A DNA stretch of 64,000 nt, taken from assembly GCA_964016885.1 (NCBI GenBank), contig OZ024744.1, positions 61,628,001-61,692,000 of the forward strand, in the 5' to 3' direction. The notes below the pieces were generated by a model, which was given only the letters and a program-made list of their open reading frames with translations, made no database searches and was not told where the DNA came from. This document shows positions 11,481 to 24,534 of the stretch, piece after piece. Source of the DNA: Eledone cirrhosa (Eukaryota). Each line of letters begins with the position of its first letter. Positions within the stretch are counted from its first letter, which is position 1. The translations under genes were made by a program, and so were the position numbers.

Positions 11481-12329
11481 TGGCCTAGCTGAGAGAGAGA
11501 TCCAAAGGAGCCAGTGTGTAAGACAGTTGACCACTACATCTGGCTAGTCAGTATGAACTCTGCAACTGCTTGAATTGACCCTGTGAACAGGCTATTTATC
11601 TGTTTGCTTCCTTTGCCTCCAAGACTTGAGAATAAGCAGATACTATTTGATAAATCTCAGGCATTTTGACAACACTAGTCCTAAACTAAGGAACCAAATA
11701 TATACAAGGCCAAAAGGTCAGCTTCTTGGTGACTGCTTGATAATGTGAAAAAGATTCTATTGAGAAGAGTATCAAATTACTGCTAAAAATGTACCACTCA
11801 AGTACTGGCATAGATTCTTCCTTCTCTTTCTTACTTCTTCTCTATCACACTTTTTCTCTGTACTTCTTTGGAAGAAAATAACTACATTTAGACATAGAGA
11901 AAGGATGGGCTCTTCTATGTTTAAATGCTCAATAAATGCTGTATATCACTATGGTGCCCCTACAACTCAACCAGGACTTACTGGTCCATACATATGTTAT
12001 TTAGCTACAAGTCAACTTTGATTAAGCAGAACTATGATCAAAAGCATTCTTGACATAACCTTCTCATCTTTTTTACATGCATAGAGTATCTAGGATTACA
12101 TTATCCAATGTGTCCTTCTTTTAAAAAGAAGGATGTGTGTGATCTGAGGAATATTTTGGCAGCTGTTTATAACTGGTCAAATGATCACATAGAGGTTTCC
12201 CTGTGATGGATTGTGGATATTTCAGGCATGTTATGGGGTTAATGTTTAGCTTGGATCCTTCTAGGTCATTATTAATAAATATGTGTACAGCATATATGTA
12301 GTCATTCAACCTGCTAGAATTAGCAACTA

Positions 12330-13674
12330 AATCTCCCTCACGTTGTTGATTACAATGGCATAAAGCCTTATTTTCTTTCCCCGTACCGCCATCTCCACCT
12401 CACTGCGACCTCGGCATTCAATTTTCCTACCATCGATTGCCCTTACGCTGCTCTTCCCTCTCCACCTCTGCGCCACCAGTGTCGTCGTACAGCCGTGTCC
12501 ACGAGGGCTCACTGTGGCTTTCCCCTCACAAAAACTTTCACCACGGGCAGCGCCTCTACTCGTAAGGGGTAACTACCGGCACAGTAGTTCACATGGATCG
12601 TTTCCCTGGTTGCAGTTAGTAGCAAGGTGGCCTGGTCGCTTACACCAGTAGCATATTGTGTCCGGCCTTAACTCTCTACAGTCTCTCGCCATGTGCGGGC
12701 TCTGGCACCTAAAATAGCGACCTCTAAACGTTCGTGGGTGACCACGTGCCGTGGTTGCCTCCATTTCACCATTTTGCTGCCTTGGGCCTCTGTCATTGCT
12801 ATCGCCGCGACACTCTTCTTGGCATCTTCTGCTATGATGCGGGCTTGCTCCACCAGTGCATGCATCTCCATTTCCTTGTAACCCGGGACTTGCTTCAGTT
12901 TCACCGCTATGTCGTCTGGAAATCCATTTATGAACGCCAACTGCACCGTGCGTTCGCATTCCGCCTGATATCCAGCCAACATGGCCAATCGCCGTATTTC
13001 CGCTGTGAAAATGTCAACGCGTTCACCGTTCCACCTAATCCTTGCCAGCCTAGCAAAAGCGGCTAACGGTCCCTCCGCGAACGCTTCCATCATACGCCTC
13101 TCCATCTTTTGCGCATCCCTTTGGCTGTGTTCATCCATCTCTAGGAAGAGTGCCAACGCACCCCCCTTGAGGTACAGTGCCCTGAGGCCAGCCACATCTT
13201 CTATCTTCTGTAAGCTTGCGACCAGCCGGACTTTTCGCAGCCAAGCGACAGCATCGCCTTCACCAGTAAATGTTCTAATCGCTTCTCCGCTCATTCGTAA
13301 TCTCGTCGCCATATCCTAATTTTGTCTTGCGGTAAGTAATAAAAAACAACAGACTCCTCTCTGTTTTTCCAGTAGCTTTGTTTTCGAGAAAGTTCTTTTT
13401 ATTTATTTTTTTTTTTTGATCAATCAGATCTCAGTTTCCAGTGTCGAAATAGCTTGTGGTTAGAAAAAGCTACTTCACTTACCACTTTCACTGGCACCGC
13501 TAATCCAATGGCTGGTTTCTCCTCTCCCACGTGCGTACCATCCAACTCGTTAACCGGGAGCTCCACGACTGACGTCCACCATGTTCGCTGACCACCCTAG
13601 AGAGAGGCTGACCTGCTGGCCCTTCCGGTCAAGCACCCTTCCGGTCAAGCACTCCCCAGCCTCCAGCCACTACA
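12330..13674 (-). mobile_element. Gypsy/Ty3 LTR retrotransposon 5' fragment: LTR (~13323-13674), PBS-like TGGCGACGAG, gag and partial protease
   Basis: TG...CA-bounded segment containing AATAAA; tggcgacgag at 13302-13311 (-); gag FINGFP; CCHC knuckles RCQSPHMARDC and CYWCKRPGHLATNC; frameshifted ALVDT/GCTTTLV protease motif. Confidence 0.85.
12573..13312 (-). pseudogene. Gypsy gag with two zinc knuckles, one frameshift
   Basis: ORFs 12668-13312 and 12573-12959 overlap in different frames; the knuckles are in the second frame. Confidence 0.8.
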
Positions 13675-13913
13675 CACCATACCCACTAGAACAAAACTGG
13701 TTGGAAATTCCATGGAGGTGAAGAAGTTTCCTTTGAAATTTAAGGTGAACTGAGTGATCATATATTCACAGGCACCTCCTTGGCTCTCCATGCCCTGGAT
13801 CTAAGTACCAACTGATTCCCCTCGCCCATCCCCTCTAATAGGCCCTACAAACATATTATTTGGCTTACATTATGATGACCCTTTATTTTTAATATGATGA
13901 CCCTTTATTTTTA

Positions 13914-14042
13914 ATACGATACTGCGCTTTACTGAGTGCATTTTATCATGACGCCAACCTTAGGGAGGTTGTCAGAGTCTTTGGTAGGTTTTCTACAACT
14001 GGAAACCTTTCATATCACCAACCATTTTACAAAGTGTACTGG
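13914..14042. repeat. 129-bp local duplication (second copy 16004-16132)
   Basis: Direct copies 2090 bp apart with 3 substitutions. Confidence 0.95.
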
Positions 14043-14329
14043 ATATCATCATTTTGCATCAACCTTACATGCTGCCATAGGTTAAATGGGTTATCTTGGT
14101 CTAAGACTAGATGGTTTGAAGAGACTTTGTATTGCTCATACGTTCCATGTTTGGCTGGATGCCCTTCCTAATGCCAACCATTTTACAGAATGTACCAGGT
14201 GTATTTTATTGTAGCACTATCACATTACAGAGTGTACTGACTGTATTTCATCATGGCACTATCCTCTGCCAGACTAGAGAATATTTGATAAAAGGAATAA
14301 TAAGTAAATATAATAAATAAAAGGTTCTG

Positions 14330-14587
14330 CTCCTTTCTGGTATTCCTACTCTTTAACATAAACTGCAGAATGTAGGAATAACTTATGTTTAAATACACAG
14401 TCAAATTGGACTGAGGATACAATACAATGTCTCCATTGGTCTTTCCAGTCACAAATCCAGACAGAAGAAGCAACATGAAATAAAGTGTCTTGCTCAAGGA
14501 CATAATGCATTGCCCCATCCAGGAATCGAACTCACAACCTCACAATTGCGAATCCAATTCTCTAACCATTCAGCCATGCACTTTCAC
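14330..14587 (-). mobile_element. tRNA-derived SINE
   Basis: Minus strand tgcatggctgaatggttagag...gagttcgattcctgg (A/B boxes) followed by the body motif gtccttgagcaagacactttatt. Confidence 0.75.
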
Positions 14588-14924
14588 TTTATTTATCGAC
14601 CCTAAAAGTTGAAAAATATACTTAACCTCAGAAACATTTCAACTGAGTGCAGTGAGACAGCAAATACTGAAGTATTTAATATGATGCACCAACGACTTTA
14701 CCAATTCACCACATAAAGTTAAATGAACAAATGATTAAAAGAATAAGAAAATCAATACTTGGTCAAACAGTTCATCTGCTCCTCCTACGTAGCTGAAGTC
14801 CTATGTCCTCTGTTTTAAGTGTAAAGTATTTACATATTGATTTTTCTCTAAATTTTCTTTCATTGAACATGATACACTAACTGTAGGCAGTTCAGTTACA
14901 GTGATGCCTGAAATTTCACAGTGA

Positions 14925-15505
14925 TAGGATATACCATATTATACAGATAGGATAAACTGTATTATACAAATAGGATATACCATATTATACAGATAGGATA
15001 TACTGAATTATACAAATAGGATATACCATATTATACAGATAGGATATACTGAATTATACAAATAGGATATACCATATTATACAGATAGGATAAACTGTAT
15101 TATACAAATAGGATATACCATATTATACAGATAGGATATACTGAATTATACAGATAGGATATACTGTATTATACAAATAGGATATACTGAATTATACAAA
15201 TATGATATACCATATTTTACAGATAGGATATACTGAATTATACAAATAGGATATACTAAATTATACAGATAGGATAAACTGTATTATACAAATAGGATAT
15301 ACCATATTATACAGATAGAGTATACTGTATTATACAGATAGGATATACTGTATTATACAGATAGGATAAACTGTATTATACAGATAGGATATGCAGTACT
15401 ATAGAGATAAGATATACAGTACTATACAGATAATATATACCATATTATAATACTATATTCTTACAGATAGGATATACTGATAAAATCTACCATATTATAC
15501 AGGTA
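14925..15505. repeat. 23-bp minisatellite, ~25 copies
   Basis: Unit taggatata(ccat/ctga/ctgt)attataca(g/a)a. Confidence 0.92.
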
Positions 15506-16139
15506 GGGTATTTATCATGTTTGATGGCTTATTAAACCTTTTTTTTTTCAGAAAAAAAAATTCCGAAAATATCATACAGGTCTTTTATGCAAAATTTTGC
15601 TACATGTTTTTATTTCACAAAGCATGTTTTTTTTGTAAATATTTTCTGTTGAAATAGGGTAGGAGTTTTATGTACTATGGTGTTACATGCCATGAAATAT
15701 GGTGGTTGAATTAATTTGTATACAACCTGATGCCAACCTTTTTAGTTGCTTCTTACGACATGCTGGGATACAGTGCACCTATTTTACAAAGCGAGTATTG
15801 ATATGGTATCTTTTCAATATGTTTAGTACAAACTTATTCATCATCATCATCACCATCATTTTCATGATTGTCATCTTCATTATCATCATTTAATGTTCAT
15901 TTTCCCCTGCAAGTAAAGGTTGGATGGGTCTTCACAAACCAAATTGGTTCTCAAGCAGAGCTATGGACCTTTCAGATGGGCCAGGTGCCTGCATCTTGCC
16001 AACATACGATACTGTGCTTTACTGAGTGCATTTTATCATGACGCCAACCTTAGGGAGGTTGTCAGAGTCTTTGGTAGGTTTTCTACAGCTGGAAGCCTTT
16101 CATATCACCAACCATTTTACAAAGTGTACTGGGTGAATT

Positions 16140-16740
16140 TATCATGTAGATTACCAACACTAGAGAGGTTGTCATGTTGTTGACACAACTGAAATGTTCT
16201 CTCAACTCTGCAGTGGTGTGTGGGAAAGAATGAAAATAAGTATGATGTTATGGGTGTATGATAAGTGTAGTGGGATTTGATATGAGGATGAGTAGGAGGG
16301 AAAGGATGATCTCTGATAATGTGGGTGGGAGTGGTACTGACCAATGTGCCATGGTGGGTCTTCTTCAAGACAGCATGTCACCAGTTCTTGCAATACTTTG
16401 TCATCTCCATTGCGAGATTCAGTTTCTTAAGATCTGTCTTCACTACCTCATCCCATGTCTGTTTTTACTACTTCACACTAGGTTTGCCTCGTCTGTATTT
16501 CTTTAAACAATTGTAATCTTCCATTCCATACTTATCACATCTCCATATCAACACAGTCTTCTCTCTTGCTCACTCTATTCAGTTCCTTTTTTGCCAAGTT
16601 TTTCTCCTAGTTTGTGTTTTCTATTTCCTTCATGACATTAGTTTGTTGATGTACCACAAGAGTGGTGCTAATATAAGAGCTAAACCATCTTTATTTAACA
16701 CTGCCAAGTGTTTTGATGACATAGTCCTGCTCATTGTACT
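16140..16740 (-). mobile_element. Decayed RTE-like LINE 3' fragment
   Basis: Minus strand encodes GRRGKPS...KTWDEVVKTDLKKLNLAMEMT...AVLKKTH, homologous to 25190-25310 and 57321-57570. Confidence 0.65.
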
Positions 16741-16806
16741 ATTATTCCTTCACACTCTACTAGTGTTCTGTACCTTGTATTGTTGTTTTGAACTCTATTC
16801 GCTTAC

Positions 16807-17019
16807 TTAACTCTTTATCATTTACATTAGTCTATATTTACTCTTGTATTTTCATGGTAAAGGCTTTACCTCACGTAATTATCCGACATAATATTGAATC
16901 TATGAGATTTTGATATCATTTTTTTGTGAACAATAACTTAATGTCAGTAGGAGTAGCCAGTTACATCCAGTTTGAACAGAAAGAGGTGAGGGAATTCTGG
17001 CTGGATATGGCCAGTTTCA
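16807..17019. mobile_element. Truncated copy of the piggyBac-type MITE family (see 22252-22481)
   Basis: ttaactctttatcatttac...gaatctatgagattttgatat...tttgaacagaaagaggtgag. Confidence 0.75.
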
Positions 17020-18511
17020 CTGTTCAGTGTTGGAATTGAACTCACAGCCTTATGATTGTGAGTCCAGTATCCTAACCACCATGCCATGTGCCCTCATTAC
17101 TACTGTATACAGTAGTTAGGGTAACTAAGTAAATACAACGATGGGAATTAATAAGCAAATGAGCAATTAGTAAATTATTACAGTTTTGTCACAGCTGCTT
17201 TACTGAAAATGATTATATATATCATCATCATATATATATATGTGTGTGTGTGCATATATACATATATATGTATATGCTAGCGTGGAAGATGGATGTTAAA
17301 TGACGATGATGATTATATATATATATATATCCATATTAGTCATAGCAGCTTTGTTGATGATCTGTGTGTAAGTGTATGTGTATGTATATTTACACACACA
17401 CTCAGGTATATAGATAGATACATACACACATTTGTATACATCCACACTCTAAGGTTTTGGTTCTAGAACGGTTGATACAGAAACTTGTTCATGGTAAAAG
17501 ACCTGACCTCATTAGAAATGATACTTAATGCTTGTATGAATTGTTGTCTCTTTAAAGCATTTCTCAAGTAGTTTAACTTCTATCTTTTTGGAAATGAGCA
17601 ATACATATGAATATGTTTAATGTTAAGAGTTTTGCAGTAACACTCATTCTTATAAATAGAACACTGACTACACAAAAGCTTACGAATTCTATCCATCTGT
17701 AAAACAGGATAAGACAAAAAAAAAACCAAAAAAAAACCCAACAACAAGAACAACAAAAGACACACACACAAAACAGAATCTGATAAAGTTAGTGAAATTC
17801 TTCACTGCTAATAATTAGAGAAAAAATTTTCAAATATGACTAAATTTGTATGCTATATTGGTTATGAGAATTCTAGTGTTTCTTGTAGAATTCTTCTTCC
17901 TTATCCACAGCAAATAGCATTTGAACTTACCTGTATTTATTAATTTTAACCTTTTGTTATTAAACCACCTCTAAACCACCACTAGTTCTATGATACAAAA
18001 TTGTTTATTTTAAATTGTTTATATTTATCTAAAAAAAACCCTCCATCATCAACTTATGTAAGAAACGTTGTTGTGTTATGCTCCAAACACCAGTGAAATA
18101 ATGTGTAAGTTACTTATATAACTAAATCCTTCTGCATTCTTGATTATATAAAACAAAATGTTTGAAAATTATAATCAATGTTTTACATGAGAAATATAGT
18201 AACAAAATTTGTCCATTGAAGTATTCTCTATGGGCTTTAGACCTTTTCATAAATCAATATCATTGGTATTAAGAAAAATAGAATCAATTTCTAAATGAAA
18301 TATTAACGAAAAATGTATTCATTTTTCACTTCATTGAATTTAAATAGTAATTTCATATTTAAAAGGTTCTTTTATTATTTCATCCAAATCCTGCCATGGT
18401 TGAATTCAATATTTGAAGAAAGATCTGCTTTATCAATTTTAAAATGAATAAAAATTAAATCAAAATTTTTTGGAATCCAATCTAAAAGCCTTTCAAACAG
18501 ACAATGAGTTG

Positions 18512-18639
<128 letters not shown>

Positions 18640-19415
18640 ATATGTAATGTGAGAGTAGGAAGTGAGTTTAGTGAGGAATTCAAGGTACAGGTAGGAGTTC
18701 ATCAGAGTTTCGTTCTTAGCCTACAGAGGAGTTTATGACTGGCTGTCTAGGAATTTCTCTATGCAAATGATCTGGTCCTTATAACTGAATCCCTAAAAAA
18801 CTAGAGAATAAGTTCCAACTATAGAAATAGAATTTGGAATTTAATTTGGTCTGAGAGTAAATTTAGCCAAAACTATAGTGCTAGTATGTAAGAAAGAAGA
18901 TAGGTCTCTGATTTCTTCAGGGAAGTGGCCCTGTTTGATATGTAGAAAGGGAGTAGGAATAAACTCCATATGGTGTACACAATGTAAATCTTGGATACCC
19001 AAGAGATGTAGTGGGATAACGGGTAGGCTAACAGGAAAGGAAGACTTTGTATGTAGAAGATGCACAGGAGTAAACAAGAAGAGCATCAATGATATAAACC
19101 TCTCCAAGTTACATGAATGGTCCATAGAAGTGGTTGATAGCTTCTGCTGTCTAGGTGATTTAATTAACAGTGGAGGAGTGTGCTCTGAAAGCATAATAAC
19201 TAAAATAAGGATAGGATGGAAGAAGTTTAGAGAGCTGCTCCCACTGATGACTATAAAACATTATTCCCTACGTACAAAAAGACGGCTGTATGTGTAAAGT
19301 GAAATGCTGCAAGGTAGTGAAACATGGGAAGTGATCTTTGTGTCTGATGAATAGATCGAGATGCTATGCTGAAAAGGGCCCATCCAACCCATGCAAGCAT
19401 GGGAAAATGGATATA
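18640..19415 (+). mobile_element. RTE-like LINE RT fragment with an embedded PHD-like zinc finger
   Basis: EEFKVQVGVHQ, LYANDLVL, WPCLICRKGVGINSIWCTQCKSWIPKRC...FVCRRC, VVDSFCCLGD, IGWKKFRELLP. Confidence 0.85.
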
Positions 19416-19664
19416 TATGTACATGATAATAATACATATGCACACACACACACATGCACACATACACACACATATAACATTTAGATTTTGATCTTTGTGT
19501 CTGATGAGAAGGTTGATACCAGGGTCAGGTTAATAGTATAGATTAAGACCTTGTGCTGATCATCTGTGAAATACATCCTGTTTGATGAAGAATAAAATCA
19601 TGTTAAATTGAAACTACTGTCTCTATTACTTAATGTAAACACTCAGCTGACTACAAACATTATA

Positions 19665-19950
19665 ACACAAAAAGACGGCTGTATGATGTCTGTGTGAGAA
19701 GTGCAATACTGCATGGTAGTGAAACATGGGCAGTCACTACAGAGTACATCATACATAGGCTGGAGAGAAATGAAGCAATCAGCGCTTTGTTGGATGTGCA
19801 ATGTAAATGTGAGGGAAAGGCAGAGCTTGAGTCAACTGAGGGAGAAACTAGGTTTAAGTGGAATCTGAAGTGGTGTGCAAAAAAGAAGACTGTGTTGGTA
19901 TGGACATGTGATACGCATTGATGATGATGTATTGTGTTATCAAATGTACC
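19665..19950 (+). mobile_element. Continuation/second fragment of the same RTE-like LINE
   Basis: RLYDVCVRSAILHGSETWAVT...RLERNE. Confidence 0.75.
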
Positions 19951-21109
19951 AGGTAACCAACAGACATTTAAATCCATACAATAAGAAAGATTATTGTTTT
20001 CTAATAAGGTACTAAAGATTAGAATAAAGATTTATTGATTATCTTAATGTGATGTGAGTTGAAAGTTTAGACATATAAAAGCAATAATGTTGTTTGTAAA
20101 TGTAGGAGACTGACTGAGATCAAACAGTTTTATGGCCATTATATACACCCAGTTCATCAAACATGAAAAGGTATTTCATTTTGATCTTCAAAGGTTACAG
20201 AAATTAAAATACTACATAAAAAGTTAATCCAAGAATTTTAACTTACTTAGCATTCTTTACTGTAACCAGTAGTGTAGCTATGAGAGTGTGAGTGGTCTGT
20301 CACAATGCTGCCCTAATTGGAATGATGTTTATTGTGTTGTTTTTCGCTGGGTGGTGGCAAGATAAACCGAAGGACTTGGCCCCACAAACTAACTATACCA
20401 CTGATTGTAATTTTGTTACTAAGTTAGAAATTATCATCATTACTTTGGTTGTTGTTGATGTTATCATAATAATAAAAATCATCATCATCTACATCATCAT
20501 TATTATCATTATGTCAGGTCAGGCTTATGCCTGCTACTGGTACTATGTGATCCGGTATAACCTGCTTCATGGTTGGGTGGTCGGTGACTAAACCAGCCCC
20601 CCCCCCCCCCCTACAGACCCTGATCTGGTAAGGAGGGTAAGTGGAACCTCAGCAGCACAAAAACAAGAACTGTTAAAGGGCAATAAACTTTTTAGAGTCA
20701 ATAGTTGAGGTGGATGGCTGTTGACTTCTCATAGGAGGAAAACATCCACTAAACCAGAATGTGAAACAATATAACATCAGCATTTACTCCAGTGATGTCA
20801 AACAGTTTGTTATACTAGCATGTTTTTCAACACTGACGCATATGTGTGTATGTGCATATGCATACATTTATATGTATGAGTACATAAATATAAATGTGTA
20901 AACAAAGACACACTTACAAAAAATACACACTCAGATATACATTGACCCATACACATACACAGCATAATAAATGGAATGCCAGCTGCTATTTTGCTATAGT
21001 TTTTTCACCACCCCAGCCTTCCTTTTACACACACATACATTCACACAGGCAACAGACGTAAAGAGAGAGGAGTCGTATAAGGTAGTCAAACTACTCCTCT
21101 CTATTTACA

Positions 21110-23075
21110 CAGAAATTTATATATAGAAGAATGACAAAATGGAAAGCACCTGGCCATGACAGCCTCTAAGGATTCTGGTACAAGAAAATGAACAACATGC
21201 ATGATAGGATAGCTGAGCACTTCAACAAGTGTTTGTGCTAGAAGAAGTTCCAAATTGGATAATCAAGGGTTGAACAGTCCTTATAGTGAAGGGAAATGTG
21301 GCTACCAATTACCAACCTATAGCATACTTGCCAATCATTTGGAAACTGTTGACTGGGATTATTGGGAACTAGATGTACAAACATTTTTAATGAACAGAAA
21401 GGGTGTCGTAGAAGGTCCAGGGGAACAAAGGACCTGTTGTTAATTGATAAGGTAATTCTAAGGAACAACAAGAGAATGAAAAAGAACTTGGCAATGACTT
21501 TCATAGATTACAAGAAAGCCTATAACACAGTCCCCCACTCTTGGTTAAAGCCCTCAACTTTATAGGTGTAGAATATAACATCAAGGAAATGCTGTTCAAC
21601 AGCATGGAACAGTGGAGAATGGAATTGTCATCTGGTAATAAAGTTCTAGGAGAGGTTCACATCAGACAAGAGGACTCATTATCACCTCTGTTGTTTATCA
21701 TTATACTGATTCCTCTTACTCTTGTTCTTAGAGAAACAAATAGTGGATATTACATCTCGAGAGAGTCCATGCCTATAAACCATTTATTATTCAAGGATGA
21801 TTTAAAGTTCTATGGCCGTAATGAAAGAGAACTTCATTCACTTGTCCACACAGCAAGGATTGTATCAGGTACATAGTTTGAAGTTTGGTTTAGACAAAAG
21901 CAAAACATTGTCAATGAAAAAAGGCAAATTGGTTGAGATTGATGATATGGAAATGCCCGATGATGAAAGAATGTCACAAATAGAAGAAACAGGTTACAAA
22001 TACTTGTGCATGTTGCAGGATGCAGGAATTAGAAAAGGCAAAATGAAGGAAAAGATTGAAAAGGAGTATATCAGGAGAGTGAGGAATGTGTCCAAGCCAA
22101 AGCCGTATGCTGGAAATTTAACATCTTGAATAAAGCAATAAGCTTTAGGAGTAGTGAGGTATAGTGCTGGAATAGTTGATTGGACAAAGTAAGATCTTGA
22201 AAGAATTGATAAATGCAAACACAAGATATTAACGTACAATGAGGCTGTACCTTAACCCTTTAGCATTTAAACTGGCTGTATCTGGCCAGAATTCTCTCAC
22301 CTCTTTCTGTTCAAACTGGCTGTAACTGACCATACATACTAAAATTAAGGTATTGTTCTCAAAATAAATAATATCATAATCTCGTAGATTCAATATTATG
22401 TGAGATAATTAGGTGAGGTAAAGCCTTTACTGCGAAAAATACAATAGCATATATAGAATAATGTAAATGCTAAAGGGTTAAGAGAAAAGAAGCTGGGAGA
22501 GGTTTAATTTTGGTTGAGCAATGTGTACATAAGGAATGCAACAGTTTGTGGGACTATCTAACATTAACTGAAAAACCACTACTCTGAGAAATTCTGAAGT
22601 AAGACTTTATAACAGAAAGTCAAGGTAAGAAAGCATTCAAGAAAGCCTTTAGAAAGAAACAAGAACAGGCATACAAAGAAAAAGTTCTTTATGGCAAATT
22701 TCCAGCTGCCATTAAAGACATTGTTGATCCTAAGTCCTGGCTTTGGCTTAAGTGAGGTTGAGCACTAGGCTATCACAAGAATCAATTGGATAAAAGCTAA
22801 CATACTCCCCACTTTACACTGTATGTTATAGAACAGACAAATCTGTGGCATATATTGCTAGTAGATGTGAGAAACTAGTAAAAAGATGTTACAAAATCCA
22901 GCATGATCTCATAGCAAAAAGAGCCTATTGGGGGTTGTGCAAAAAATACAATATCAAAATGCAATATCAATGGTATGAACATGCTCCTCTTGAATCTGGT
23001 CTATCAGGTGAGTGAGGGAGTAGCGTTATTTTGGAACCTTGAGATCAAGACCATGAACAAAGTCCAACAGAAGGC
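21110..23075 (+). mobile_element. Decayed R4/Dong-like non-LTR retrotransposon (RT, CCHC and RLE remnants)
   Basis: [67 protein letters not shown]; many stops and frameshifts. Confidence 0.82.
22252..22481. mobile_element. piggyBac-type MITE nested in the R4-like LINE
   Basis: TTAA-ccctttagcattta ... taaatgctaaaggg-TTAA: perfect 14-bp TIRs plus TTAA TSD. Confidence 0.88.
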
Positions 23076-23084
23076 CTGAAAGAC

Positions 23085-24450
23085 TGGATCCCTTTACATG
23101 ACAGTATCCTCACACCCAGTGGTCAATCTAGTGACTGACTGCATCATTTCATATAACATATACTGCTTTCGCTTCACCCCAGAAGACATACATCAGCTTC
23201 TATTTTTCATCGTAAAAAATACATATTTCACTTTCCACCACCACACACACAAACAAACAAAAGTCCTACTCATGGGATCCAGTCTTCCTTTCTAGCCATC
23301 ACCTATATGAACTGAGCGCTCAACACCTGCCACCCCCATGTCTTCTTCACCGGATACATAGATGATATACTCATCCTCACATCATTCCATGAAGAGGCCA
23401 ACATAATATCTATGACATTCTCAAACATAGATAACAACAAAAGATTTATCATAGATCACCCCAATAAAAATGGTTCCTTGTCCTTGTTGGACTTCCAGCT
23501 TAGAATAACAGAAGAAGGTGCTATATAAACCAACTTCTGTAGGAAAGCCGCCAGCAGAGACCTGTTTGTGCATTATAGATCAGCCCTTCCCCTTGGTGCT
23601 ACAACCGAATACATAAGAAACGAACTTACGCGTATTCGGAATAGAGGACCAGATCACTCACACTACACACTTCATAGATGTACTGAAGACGAACGGGTAC
23701 CCAACATCCACAGTGAATCATCTTAGGAATCAAAGGCGCCACAGGCATAAGACCTCTTCTAACACTTGCTACATGAAATTACCACATTTCAGCGAAAGCA
23801 TAACAACAGCTATCTGCAGAGCCAAAGAGTGGACATACAATTAGCACACTCTGGCCCTTCACTGCGTGGATACTTATTTAAAAAGCAATCCAGAGATAAC
23901 AACAACCAATATTCGCTGAGTAACTGCCCTATCCACAACGCAGGTTGTGCCATACAATTAGCACACTCTGGCCCTTCACTGCGTGGATACTTATTTAAAA
24001 AGCAATCCAGAGATAACAACAACCAATATTCCCTGAGTAACTGCCCTATCCACAACGCAGGTTGTGCCATACAATTAGCACACTCTGGTCCTTCACTGCG
24101 TGGATACCTATTTAAAAAGCAATCCAGAGATAACAACAACCAATATTCCCTGAGTAACTGCCCTATCCGTAATGCAGGTTGTGCCAGCGGACACAAGTGG
24201 TATACCGGATTGAATGCAGCAAATGTAAGAAGTTCTACATTGGTAGCACAACTCGACCACTCCACACCGACATTTTATGAACACCTCAACACACATGCAT
24301 CCTCATACAAAAAAACACATTGACAAATGCAGAAACACTAACAAAAATATAACAGTCAATATTGGAGCCAGAGAGAGAAATGTGGACAATTTAAGAATTA
24401 ATACATAGACTCAAACCACAAATAAATAATAGACTAGAACTCAGCACACA
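23085..24450 (+). mobile_element. Second, older Penelope-like element (RT and GIY-YIG remnants)
   Basis: LLMGSSL, YIDDILI, GSLSLLDFQL, LFVHYRSALP...YIRNELTRIRNR, KWYTG, RLKPQINNR. Confidence 0.72.
23834..24185 (+). repeat. 3 x 117-bp near-identical tandem repeat, frame-preserving (39 aa)
   Basis: catacaattagcacactctgg starts at 23834, 23951 and 24068. Confidence 0.97.
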
Positions 24451-24534
24451 ATACTTAACATAAAGAGACACACCCACACGCACATATAAGCAAACTAAAC
24501 AACATTTCATACTTCTTCTTCACCCAATTCCCTT

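Noticed and set aside
14520-14587. tRNA gene
   Set aside because: It has A/B boxes but no complete cloverleaf and continues into a SINE body.
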